Shown piece after piece: positions 51,082-59,505 of a DNA stretch of 64,000 nucleotides. The stretch is taken from positions 39,803 to 103,802 of the IMG/VR virus record IMGVR_UViG_2671180139_000002; one strand, given 5' to 3'. The notes beneath the pieces were generated by a model. That model searched no databases and was not told where the DNA came from. It saw only the letters and a list, made by a program, of their open reading frames with translations. Origin of the DNA: a virus. Lineage: Duplodnaviria; Heunggongvirae; Uroviricota; Caudoviricetes. The stretch's first letter is position 1; each line of letters opens with the position of its first letter. Position numbers and translations under genes: made by a program.

Positions 51082-52197
51082 TCAACAGTCAAAACTGACT
51101 GATTGTTTTTGATCCGCGTAGTGATTGCGAAGACGCCACTTCACGTCGAGCGTGGCGCTGTAGACTGTCGCCTTGTAGAAGGCGTCCTGGACCACCTCGG
51201 GCAGGACCTCGTTCGGATCGCAGTTCGAGGGCAGCAGCGCGATACGCACCCGCAGTCCGATGCGGCGAAGCTGCTTGGCCGCGTCCAGGGCGGAGACGAG
51301 CGCACGCCATTCGCCGTCCCACATGATCGTGACCTCTTCCAGACCCGCACGCTTGAGCTGCAGGAAGCAGCCGAGCTGATCCTTGCCGTCGACCGAACCG
51401 AAGGATAGGTGCTTGCCGAAGGAACCGATCGGCACGACGTCGCGAAGGTCGATCTTCTCGTCGAAGGCTTTCTTGATCGCCATGACGTCAAAGGCGCCCT
51501 CACCCATCACGACGCGCTTTGCCCGCAAGGCATTCTGCCCGTTGAAGAGGAAGCGCCCGGTGCCAGGAAGCCCCTTGGGAAACAGGTACTTCTCGCTCTG
51601 ATCTCCGATCACATCACGGCCCTGAAACGTCACCAGCTTGCCGTCGAGATCGAACACCGGGATGATCAGGCGATTGACGAACTTCTGACCGCCTTGGGAG
51701 CCATCCTCCTTCAGGAAGTTCCACCATCCGTCCGTGCAAAAGCGGAGATGGAAGAATTTCGCCAGATCGCCGCTGATGCCGCGTTTCTCCAGATAAAGCA
51801 GGTTCTGCCCCTCACCCGTGGGTAGCGGGAACGAAACCGGCAGCTTCACCTCGCCAAACTCGACCGCAGCGGTCGTCGTTCGTTTGGGCTTCCAGCCCTG
51901 CTCCTTCAGAACCTCCCGGACGTGATTGAAGGTCTCCGCCCAGCTCAGGCCCAGGTTCGCGTTCACGAATTTGAGCTTGTTGAAGCCGGCGTTGCAGACG
52001 AAGCAATTGCCGAGCCCGGTCTCCGCGTTGAGATAGACCCGGTAACGACGATCGCCGCACTCCGGGCACTCGCGCATGTTGAGCTGCATACCGGAGGAGC
52101 CGCGCCCCTTTCGGTACGCCAGCCCCTCTCGCTCGCACCAATATTCCAGGTCGAGTTCGTCGGAGAGTTCCTGAGCGTCGCCGCCCCGCTCCGACAT
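51082..52197 (-). CDS. DNA primase (zinc-binding CHC2 plus TOPRIM)
   Basis: CPECGDRRYRVYLNAETGLGNCFVCNAGF is a CHC2 zinc ribbon; a TOPRIM-like acidic core follows. Confidence 0.8.
   Translation of the reverse strand: MSERGGDAQELSDELDLEYWCEREGLAYRKGRGSSGMQLNMRECPECGDRRYRVYLNAETGLGNCFVCNAGFNKLKFVNANLGLSWAETFNHVREVLKEQGWKPKRTTTAAVEFGEVKLPVSFPLPTGEGQNLLYLEKRGISGDLAKFFHLRFCTDGWWNFLKEDGSQGGQKFVNRLIIPVFDLDGKLVTFQGRDVIGDQSEKYLFPKGLPGTGRFLFNGQNALRAKRVVMGEGAFDVMAIKKAFDEKIDLRDVVPIGSFGKHLSFGSVDGKDQLGCFLQLKRAGLEEVTIMWDGEWRALVSALDAAKQLRRIGLRVRIALLPSNCDPNEVLPEVVQDAFYKATVYSATLDVKWRLRNHYADQKQSVSFDC
51086..51101. promoter_or_regulatory. palindrome CAGTCAAAACTGACTG embedded in the primase 3' coding end
   Basis: Encodes QSVSFDC; nested in the larger inverted repeat GGATCAACA...TGTTTTTGATCC. 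Confidence 0.4.
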
Positions 52198-52340
52198 CAG
52201 TTAACGCCCCAGTCGTCCGGGTTGCGGAGGAAATAGTCACCGCGGCGCCGGCGCAGATAGGCCCAGAGCAGAGTGCCGATCGCGCTGCCGCCGATGATGG
52301 CGGCGAGCAACGTTGCCATGAGAGCGTCGAGCATCGTCAT
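52197..52340 (-). CDS. micro-ORF: 47-aa single-TM peptide ending NPDDWGVN
   Basis: Not in the supplied track (under 60 aa). ATG overlaps the helicase stop (ATGA) and its TGA overlaps the primase ATG (TGATG); translation is MTMLDALMATLLAAIIGGSAIGTLLWAYLRRRRGDYFLRNPDDWGVN. Confidence 0.35.
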   Translation of the reverse strand: MTMLDALMATLLAAIIGGSAIGTLLWAYLRRRRGDYFLRNPDDWGVN

Positions 52341-53713
52341 TCCTTTCCGAGAACCTTGGTGAGGAACTTCATCTTCTCCCGGTCCTGCTTGATGCGGAGG
52401 GTGAAGTTGGATTCGCCGTTACGGTGCGCTGCGAAGTAGAGCCTGGCCTCGCCGGACTTGCGCTCCTCCTCCACCGCGTTGATGGAGATGACGATGTCGG
52501 CCGTCCGGATCTTGTTGAAGTCCTCGGCCACGTCCGTCATCTTCGCGACCGTTGCCTTGGCGCCTTCGCGATTGGTCTGGGTCGCGGTCAGAACGGCTGC
52601 GTTGTAGGTAAAGGCAATTGCGCGGAGATCGATGTAGATCTGGCGCATGTCGTCCTTCAGATCGCCCGTGAAGCGCTCCGCGGCCATGATGTCCGCGTAA
52701 TCCACGATGATCAGATCGAAGCTGATGCCCTTGCGACGGAACTGCTCCAGCCGCCGGCGCAGCGCTGAAACCTTGAGAGTGCCGGAAGGGAAGTCCTCGA
52801 TGAAGAACTTGCCGGCCTTCTTACCCGCAGCGTCGATCTTGCCTTTGACGGTATGCGGTGAGTCCTTGAGCAGGCGGATCGCGGTGTCGGCGACGTTCGC
52901 ATCGACGCGATCGGCGATGATCTTCCGGCTGACTTCGAGACTGGCGTAATAGACGTTGTAGCCGAGCAGCGATGCGTTCTTGCCGAACTCGCCCAGCGAC
53001 ATGGACTTGCCCGCTTTCGCGGCGCCCATGAGCACCGAGAGCTCCTTGCGGCCCCAGCCCTGGTGATAGAGGTACTTGTCGAGGTCGGCGATGCCGGTGG
53101 AGATGCCATCGGGCTTGATCAGGCCGGCGGCGAGATCGACGCGCTCAGTGGTGCGGTTCTCAATCTCCGCCCAATAATCGTATGCCTCGCCCTCCTCCGA
53201 AATCCCGACATCCTGGGCCTTCTGGACGATCTTCTCGATCTTGTCGTAGTCGCCCTTGATCAGGAGCTCGGCAGCTTCGAGGATCGCCGTCTCATAAGCC
53301 CGATGACGAGCGAAGCGAGCGACATTGTCGGCCACGAACTCGCGATCGCTGATGTCGGCTGCGAGAACGGTCTTGATGCGCTCCCTGACGTCGTCGACCA
53401 GGTCCTTGCGAATGCGACGATCGAGAACGGCGGATTTCAGGAGCGTGCCGATCGACTTGCGATCCGGCGTGCGCTTGTAGGTGTCGTAATAGTCCAGGGC
53501 GACCTTCGTGATCGCCGCATCAGCCTCGTTTTCAAAATATTCGGGACGGATCAGGCCGTCGGTGCGCTGCGCAAAACCCGCGTCGCGCAGCGCCAGGGCC
53601 ACGATCTTGATCTGGAAGTCCTCGTCGAAGTCGTAGCCGGTGACGGACGCAGAGGTCTCGTCGTCGGCTACGCTCTCCTCGAGCTCCTCATCTTTCACGA
53701 GAGCGAGTGCCAT
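52337..53713 (-). CDS. DnaB-like replicative helicase (T4 gp41-like)
   Basis: N-terminal DnaB-like domain; C-terminal RecA-fold with Walker A GAAKAGKS and arginine finger; 458 aa; adjacent to the primase. Confidence 0.8.
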   Translation of the reverse strand: MALALVKDEELEESVADDETSASVTGYDFDEDFQIKIVALALRDAGFAQRTDGLIRPEYFENEADAAITKVALDYYDTYKRTPDRKSIGTLLKSAVLDRRIRKDLVDDVRERIKTVLAADISDREFVADNVARFARHRAYETAILEAAELLIKGDYDKIEKIVQKAQDVGISEEGEAYDYWAEIENRTTERVDLAAGLIKPDGISTGIADLDKYLYHQGWGRKELSVLMGAAKAGKSMSLGEFGKNASLLGYNVYYASLEVSRKIIADRVDANVADTAIRLLKDSPHTVKGKIDAAGKKAGKFFIEDFPSGTLKVSALRRRLEQFRRKGISFDLIIVDYADIMAAERFTGDLKDDMRQIYIDLRAIAFTYNAAVLTATQTNREGAKATVAKMTDVAEDFNKIRTADIVISINAVEEERKSGEARLYFAAHRNGESNFTLRIKQDREKMKFLTKVLGKE

Positions 53714-53716
53714 CGT

Positions 53717-53983
53717 TTACTCCGCCGGGCGGTAGCCCTGGATGTCGTGCTTAAAGAGAGTCAAAGTCAATACTGACTTATCTTCCCGAATGCGAAGAAG
53801 CAAGGCGTACTGATCGGCTTCGAGGAGCTCGCCTGTCACCTGGGTGCCGTCGCGGAAGAGAACGACGATCTTGCGACCGCGAAGCTCCCGGAGCTGCTGC
53901 TGGTGCGACCAGAGCTTCGGCTTGAACGGCTGACGCTCACCCTTGCGAGCGATCTCGATCGGGCGACGAGTTTCGTTTCTCAT
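53717..53983 (-). CDS. Sm-fold, Hfq-like small protein
   Basis: KIVVLFRDGTQVTGELLEADQYALLLR...VLTLTLFKHDIQ parallels Hfq Sm1/Sm2 ([27 protein letters not shown]...QMVYKHAIS). Confidence 0.4.
   Translation of the reverse strand: MRNETRRPIEIARKGERQPFKPKLWSHQQQLRELRGRKIVVLFRDGTQVTGELLEADQYALLLRIREDKSVLTLTLFKHDIQGYRPAE
53764..53779. promoter_or_regulatory. palindromic motif instance (AAGTCAATACTGACTT) embedded in the 3' end of the Hfq-like gene
   Basis: Encodes EDKSVLTL; ~45 nt upstream of the helicase start. Confidence 0.45.
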
Positions 53984-54039
53984 GTTGCTGTCCTGTGTCG
54001 TGCTAACTTTGATTATAGACGCTACATCAATGGCTTGCG

Positions 54040-54738
54040 TCAGGCGTATGACTGGATCCGCTCGAACATGTCAGAGTCGACGCGAGCCCGGAGCTTGCTC
54101 TCCGGAAGGATGCGTTCCCCGTAAGTGAAGCGAGCATAGAAGGGCGCCGGGTTGTCGCGCAGTTCGGCCTGGCGGAAGAGCCACTCGTGGTGATCGTTCT
54201 GCGGCTGCGTCTCGCGATACAGGTCGATCTGATATTCCTCGTGCTGGCCGAGATAGAGGATCGACGCCTGTCGCTTCTCCCATTCCTCCACGACCTGCTC
54301 CAGGACACGCTCCGAATAGAGCTGCTGCGGCTGCGGCAGGTAGCGCTGGCGCCAATAGCGAAGGGTGTAGCGGTAGGCGAGCGTCAGGTAGACGCCGTAG
54401 GGCATTCCGATCGCGTCAGCGGCCCAGCGACCGCGCCAGCAGCCAATGAGCTTGTTGCGCTTGTCCTTGCCGCCCTCGAAGAAGTCCCGCACGGAGACCA
54501 CGCGAACGTGCTCGGCGGCGTCGCGGTCACGGGTCTCCGCGAAGACATCGCGATAGACCCTCCCCAGTTCCCTGACATACTCGAAGGTGGCTTCGAGCGG
54601 ATGCATGTAGCGGTAGTCGAACCACTTCGATGCATAGAGGGACCGCTCGAACTCCATCCACTCGGGCTTGATCAGCCGGAACGCCATCAGATCCAGTTCG
54701 GATCGACTAAGTTCCGGCTGCTCCCATTCCTCATCCAT
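54040..54738 (-). CDS. hypothetical protein
   Basis: 232 aa, aromatic-rich; 8-nt overlap with phoH. Confidence 0.45.
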   Translation of the reverse strand: MDEEWEQPELSRSELDLMAFRLIKPEWMEFERSLYASKWFDYRYMHPLEATFEYVRELGRVYRDVFAETRDRDAAEHVRVVSVRDFFEGGKDKRNKLIGCWRGRWAADAIGMPYGVYLTLAYRYTLRYWRQRYLPQPQQLYSERVLEQVVEEWEKRQASILYLGQHEEYQIDLYRETQPQNDHHEWLFRQAELRDNPAPFYARFTYGERILPESKLRARVDSDMFERIQSYA

Positions 54739-55555
54739 GAAATCTCAAGACCCTGTGCAGACCGTCTGTGTCGTCAGAGACATAGCGATCAGACTCAGGG
54801 TCAGCAGCGTTTCCCGAATAGGCGTTGACGATGTCCTGGACGATGCCGTGCCGAACGATGTCCTGCACGCCAAAGCGCACGGTCTTGATGCTGCCGACAT
54901 GGCCGAGCCGGAGCACCGCATCCTCCAGACCGGACTTGCTGCGATCCGGAAGATCGCACTGGGAAGGATCGCCGTTGATGATGAACTTGGAGTTCTCGCC
55001 AATACGGGTCAGCAGCAGCTTCATCTGGGTGATGGATGCGTTCTGCATTTCGTCGGCAATCAGCCAGGCATTCTTGATCGTGGCACCGCGCAGGAAGGCC
55101 AGAGGCCACGCCTCGATCGTGCCGGCCTTCAGATGGTACTCCAGAGCTCCGGAACCGAGAGTTTCCTCCAGGGCGTCGCGCACGGGCCGGAAATAGGGCT
55201 CGTATTTCTCGTCCAGTTCGCCGGGCAGAAAGCCAAGAGACTCGCCGGCCTCGACTGCCGGGCGAGTGACGATGATGCGCTCGATCTTGCGGGCCTTCAG
55301 AGCTTCCGCGGCACGCGAGGCGGCCCACCAGGTCTTGCCGGTTCCTGCAGGCCCGATGCCGAAGGTAATGGTGCCGGTCTGGATCGCGGTGTCGTAGGCG
55401 ACCTGGGAAGCGTTGAGCGGCTTCAGTTCGCGATTGCTCGGGCGAACGTGACGAGTGGGGGCCTCATCCTGGACGAGGCGCAACAGCGGCTCGTTGTTGC
55501 GCGTCTTACCCTGGCGCCGGTCCTGACGATTTGCGGCGCGATTCTTGGAGGCCAT
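54731..55555 (-). CDS. phoH: PhoH-like ATPase
   Basis: Walker A GPAGTGKT followed by the conserved VTRPAVEAGESLGFLPG...KYEPYFRPVRD block of PhoH. Confidence 0.85.
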   Translation of the reverse strand: MASKNRAANRQDRRQGKTRNNEPLLRLVQDEAPTRHVRPSNRELKPLNASQVAYDTAIQTGTITFGIGPAGTGKTWWAASRAAEALKARKIERIIVTRPAVEAGESLGFLPGELDEKYEPYFRPVRDALEETLGSGALEYHLKAGTIEAWPLAFLRGATIKNAWLIADEMQNASITQMKLLLTRIGENSKFIINGDPSQCDLPDRSKSGLEDAVLRLGHVGSIKTVRFGVQDIVRHGIVQDIVNAYSGNAADPESDRYVSDDTDGLHRVLRFHG

Positions 55556-55597
55556 TTGGGGTCATACTCCGATCCGAAATATGACCCGTAGCTTAGA

Positions 55598-55621
55598 TGA
55601 TAAGTCAGTATTGATCTATCA
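55598..55621. promoter_or_regulatory. palindromic motif instance (TGATAAGTCAGTATTGATCTATCA)
   Basis: ~45 nt upstream of the phoH start. Confidence 0.5.
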
Positions 55622-55668
55622 AAGATGATGCCGATCAGCCTGCGATCGACATTTTTGGCGCTTGTCGA

Positions 55669-56337
55669 TCACGGCCATCCCGTCGTCACGTCGATCGTGG
55701 CAAGCTTCTCCTGGGTTTCTGCCGCCGCAAGTTCGTCCTTCAGATTGCGGGCATACTGCCGAAGCAGCGCATACTGATTGCCGACAAAGGCGGCGAGCTG
55801 CAGGCCAGATTCCGGAGTCTCCAAAGGGATGCGGATGTTCTCCGTGGAGATCCACCCCTGGGCGTAACTGTCAGGCCACGGGAGTCCGCCGCCCGACGCG
55901 GCGAGCGCGGTGGTTCCCATGGCGGTCAGATCGGCTCGGCTGCTATCGTCAAGCGCAACGTGAAGACCGCCAGTAACCTGCACCCCTGCGCGAAGATACT
56001 GATCCAGAATTGATATGACCTGCGCTATCTTAGCGTTTCGCGCGTTCGCTACCAGGTCAACAACTCGTGGCACGGCTTCCCCACCATCCCATTCGTAGTT
56101 GCTCGCGTCAAAAACGATATTCTCCCAGTCCTCTTCGGTTACCTCGAACGCTTCCGCCGGGATCTTGGGGTTGCGGTGAAGTGAAGTGTCCTGCTTCGGT
56201 TCGCCGTTTTCATCCAGAACGGGTTTCCCATCCTCGTCGAGAACCGGCGTGGTCACCGCGACGAGCGGAAACGAGCTCTCCGGGTAGAACGCCGGATCGC
56301 CATCTTCATCGTTGATCGCCCAGATCTTCATGATCAA
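55669..56337 (-). CDS. hypothetical protein, possibly a tail-fibre assembly/chaperone protein
   Basis: Call rests on position only: directly downstream of, and overlapping, the tail-fibre gene; 222 aa, acidic. Confidence 0.3.
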   Translation of the reverse strand: MIMKIWAINDEDGDPAFYPESSFPLVAVTTPVLDEDGKPVLDENGEPKQDTSLHRNPKIPAEAFEVTEEDWENIVFDASNYEWDGGEAVPRVVDLVANARNAKIAQVISILDQYLRAGVQVTGGLHVALDDSSRADLTAMGTTALAASGGGLPWPDSYAQGWISTENIRIPLETPESGLQLAAFVGNQYALLRQYARNLKDELAAAETQEKLATIDVTTGWP

Positions 56338-59102
56338 TACCCAATGACAAGATAATTGACGCCAACTGAACTATTCTGAACGGGCGTATAGGAATTGGAG
56401 TTGTAGAAGGTCACCACCATCTTGGACGTGCTATACGAGGTGATGCTGTACGACCAGATGTAGCTGTTGTTCATCGCGACGATGGGGATGCACTGCGAGA
56501 AGGTGCGCGGGAATGTGAAGGTGACATTGCCGTTGCTGTCCGTCGTTCCGCCGACATGTACGAAGTAGGCGGTCAGACTTCCAATCGTAAAATAATACTG
56601 GTTGGAGCTGTGAGACGCAGACGGCATATCCGCGTCTGCAGCCGCACCCAAGGTCGACCTCGCTGTGGCGGCCGTCGTGTCATCCAGCAGCGTTTTTATA
56701 AATGACGAAATGCCGAGATTGCTTAGCGCTGAGGCGGCGCTGGTCAGCTCGCTGAGGTTGTTCGACCCCTTCATGAACCCGGATGTGCTCGGGATGTCGC
56801 TTGTGGCAGCCGCACCGATCGCGCTGCGAGCCGCCGCCTGGCTGGCTGCCCCGAACAACGCTTTACCGATGCTGGACGCGCCCAGGTTCGTGAGAGCTGT
56901 CGCAACATCGGTGAGATCAGCGAGGTTCTGATCCTTTGCGAGCTTCTGCCCGACAGTGGTGATCAGCGCGGCGAGTGCGGAATCTTCATCCTGCACCTTC
57001 GCTGCGAGCTCGTTAATCGTGTCCAACGTCTCGGGCGCGATGCCACCCATGATGCCGGCTACGGCCGAAGCGAGCGCCAGCGCGACAAACTCGGTTGTGG
57101 CGAACTGACGGGAGCTGGTGCCAGGTACGGGCGTGTCGCCTTTAGCTACGCCACTGAAATCCGGATCCTGAAGCGGTGCCTTTGCGGCGAGTACGTCGGG
57201 CAGATCCCCGATATCCTCGGCCACCAGGATGATGTCGCCGGTTCTTCCCGCCACTTTCGTGACAGGAGCCACCGGAAGCTGCGCCGCCGGAACCTTTCCA
57301 TCGGCATCCAGACCTGCATAGCCGTTGGCGACGTTCTTCACGGCAGCCAGCTCTCGAGGGCGAATATAGCCGGTGCCCGTGCCGCCGATGATAGCCGAAG
57401 TTCCGGAAAAGGCGTTGCTGTTCAGCTTCCCGGCGAGTGCCTGGTCCACATCATCGCGCGGATAATAGAACTCGTCGTAATCACCCTGCTCAGGTACGAC
57501 ATGCCCGGCGCGATTTGCGAAGGTGAGCACGCCGCCGTCGGCGATCGTCTCAGCCTCCTTGGCGGCCGCCTCTGCGCGATCGGCAAATCCCGACGCGTTC
57601 TGCTCGGACTGTGCGGCGGCTTCGGCCGAAGCGTTAGCGGCATCCTGCGAATTCTTGGCCGCGGCTGCATATCCAGCCCCGCTCTCCTCACTGGCTTTAG
57701 CTTCCGCCGCGGAAGTCGCAGCGGCAGACGCAGAGCCGGAGGCCGCAGTCGCACTAGCGGCCGCAGCTTTCTCGCTGTCATGGGCAGCGCCAGCCGATCC
57801 TGCTGCAGCCTGGGCGCTGTCGTTGGCGGCTGTGGCAGACCCCGATGCCGCGTCGGCGCTGTCATGCGCTGCCGCAGCGGATCCCGATGCGGCTTCCTCG
57901 CTGCCATGCGCCGCGTCAGCGGAGTCGGAGGCCGCTCCCGCACTTACACCGGCGGCATCGGCCGAAGCCCTAGCAGCATCCCGCGCGTTCTCGGCAGCCG
58001 CATCGTGGGCCGCGCTATTTTCCTCACTGGTCTGAGCGGCTGCGGCGGAAGCGGCCGAAGCGTTCTCACTGCCCTTTGCCGCTGCGGCCGAAGACGCGGC
58101 TCCCTTCTCGCTGCTGGCTGCAGCCGAAGCGGAGGCGGCTGAAGCGTCTTCGCTCCCCTTGGAATTAGCCGCAGAGTTCGCGGAAGCATCCGCACTGCCC
58201 TGCGCTGCCGTTGCCGAAGTGGAAGCAGCAGTTTCGCTGTTCTTGGCCGCGACCGCAGACTTCGCGGCTGCGTCTTCGCTGCCATGGGCGGCCGACGCGG
58301 ACGCGGCCGAGGCGTTCTCGCTATCCTTGGCCGCACCCGCCGACGACGCCGAAGCCTCCGCGCTGCCGCGAGCGGAATCTGCAGATGCTGCTGCAGCCTC
58401 TTCGCTGTCGTGCGCCGCCTTCGCCGACGCAGCCACGGCCTCTTCACTGCCGTGCGCAGCATCTGCAGATTCCGCTGAGGCATCCGCGCTCTTCTGCGCG
58501 TCGGTAGCCGATGTCGCTGCGGCAGCGGCACGTTCATCCGCCGCTGCGGCGGAGTCGGCAGCAGCTTCTTTGCTGCCACGAGCCGCGTCGGCTGACGCTG
58601 CCGAAGCAACCTTGTTGTCATTCGCCGCGGACGCGGATTTCGCGGCTGCGTCGCTTGAACTCGCCGCGGCTGTTTCGGACGCCGCGGCGTGCTGTTCGGA
58701 AAGAAGCGCGGCAGAAGCGGCTTTGGTCGAACTATCCGCCAGACCCTGCAATTCAGGCGTGATGTCGCCCGTGTCGCCCTTGTCCCCCTTAGACGCCATC
58801 AGCGTCCATTTGGAAGCGTCAAAGGCAGTACCGGACTTGTGCGCAGTCGCGCACACATAAAGCGACCCGCCGAACGTAACCAGGCTTGCGGGCGGGCCGA
58901 TCACGTAGCTCGTGCTCGCCGCCCACGCCTTCGCTGCAGACCAGGGAACCGGGCCGGTGTTACCGGTGTCACCCTTCTCACCGCGAGGCCCGCCGTCTTC
59001 CATGATGATCTGGAAGCCCGGTTCCTCACTCTGCAGGATCGTGTCGCCGTTGCCCGAGAGCTCGACGTCGTAAAAGGACTCAAGAACAGCAACGCCGCTC
59101 AT
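56334..59102 (-). CDS. tail fibre protein with ~25 tandem 14-aa Ala/Ser-rich repeats
   Basis: N-terminal collagen-like GDKGDTGNTGP; central repeats of the form A.AA.(G/D/N)SE.A(S/A)A(A/S)S; C-terminal beta-rich tip (NVTFTFPRTF...VGVNYLVIGY). Confidence 0.7.
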   Translation of the reverse strand: MSGVAVLESFYDVELSGNGDTILQSEEPGFQIIMEDGGPRGEKGDTGNTGPVPWSAAKAWAASTSYVIGPPASLVTFGGSLYVCATAHKSGTAFDASKWTLMASKGDKGDTGDITPELQGLADSSTKAASAALLSEQHAAASETAAASSSDAAAKSASAANDNKVASAASADAARGSKEAAADSAAAADERAAAAATSATDAQKSADASAESADAAHGSEEAVAASAKAAHDSEEAAAASADSARGSAEASASSAGAAKDSENASAASASAAHGSEDAAAKSAVAAKNSETAASTSATAAQGSADASANSAANSKGSEDASAASASAAASSEKGAASSAAAAKGSENASAASAAAAQTSEENSAAHDAAAENARDAARASADAAGVSAGAASDSADAAHGSEEAASGSAAAAHDSADAASGSATAANDSAQAAAGSAGAAHDSEKAAAASATAASGSASAAATSAAEAKASEESGAGYAAAAKNSQDAANASAEAAAQSEQNASGFADRAEAAAKEAETIADGGVLTFANRAGHVVPEQGDYDEFYYPRDDVDQALAGKLNSNAFSGTSAIIGGTGTGYIRPRELAAVKNVANGYAGLDADGKVPAAQLPVAPVTKVAGRTGDIILVAEDIGDLPDVLAAKAPLQDPDFSGVAKGDTPVPGTSSRQFATTEFVALALASAVAGIMGGIAPETLDTINELAAKVQDEDSALAALITTVGQKLAKDQNLADLTDVATALTNLGASSIGKALFGAASQAAARSAIGAAATSDIPSTSGFMKGSNNLSELTSAASALSNLGISSFIKTLLDDTTAATARSTLGAAADADMPSASHSSNQYYFTIGSLTAYFVHVGGTTDSNGNVTFTFPRTFSQCIPIVAMNNSYIWSYSITSYSTSKMVVTFYNSNSYTPVQNSSVGVNYLVIGY

Positions 59103-59431
59103 CGCGTAACTCCCTGGGCAACATCAACGATGACTTCGGCGACGGCACTCGTGGATCCGTTCACGGTGCGCAGGAGGTCACCCACGTACTTTCCGGCCGT
59201 CAGCTTCCCCTTGCCGATCGCGAGCACGAACTGGTTCGTGCCCTTGGCGATGGTGATGCCCCCGTTTGAGCTTGTCAGATCGAGTGCCACCTCTTTATCG
59301 GAGGCGTTCTTGCGAAGCTGCATCTCCATGGTGGAACCATCGAGCAGCGTCGCATCGCCGTCAGCATTCGTGAGCCGGAAGCTCCGGCTCCAATCAGCAT
59401 TCGTGCGGGTCTTGATCTTTAGTCGAAACAC
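59099..59431 (-). CDS. hypothetical protein (tail-associated by position)
   Basis: 110 aa with a GTG start; overlaps the tail-fibre start (ATGA). Confidence 0.4.
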   Translation of the reverse strand: MFRLKIKTRTNADWSRSFRLTNADGDATLLDGSTMEMQLRKNASDKEVALDLTSSNGGITIAKGTNQFVLAIGKGKLTAGKYVGDLLRTVNGSTSAVAEVIVDVAQGVTR

Positions 59432-59455
59432 CGATCGGCCTCGCTGAGTGTCGTT

Positions 59456-59471
59456 AAGTCAATATTGACTT
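59456..59471. promoter_or_regulatory. perfect 16-bp palindrome AAGTCAATATTGACTT (best instance of the family)
   Basis: Gene strand reads gtgTTATCATAAGTCAATATTGACTTaacgacactcagcGAGGccgatcggGTG. Confidence 0.55.
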
Positions 59472-59505
59472 ATGATAACACTCGGCAGGAGCGATGAAAA
59501 CCGGA

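Noticed and set aside
57501-58860. Several 170-230-aa ORFs on both strands
   Set aside because: Alternative frames through the 42-bp tandem repeats of the tail-fibre gene (Ala/Arg/Pro-rich); artefacts of repetitive GC-rich DNA.
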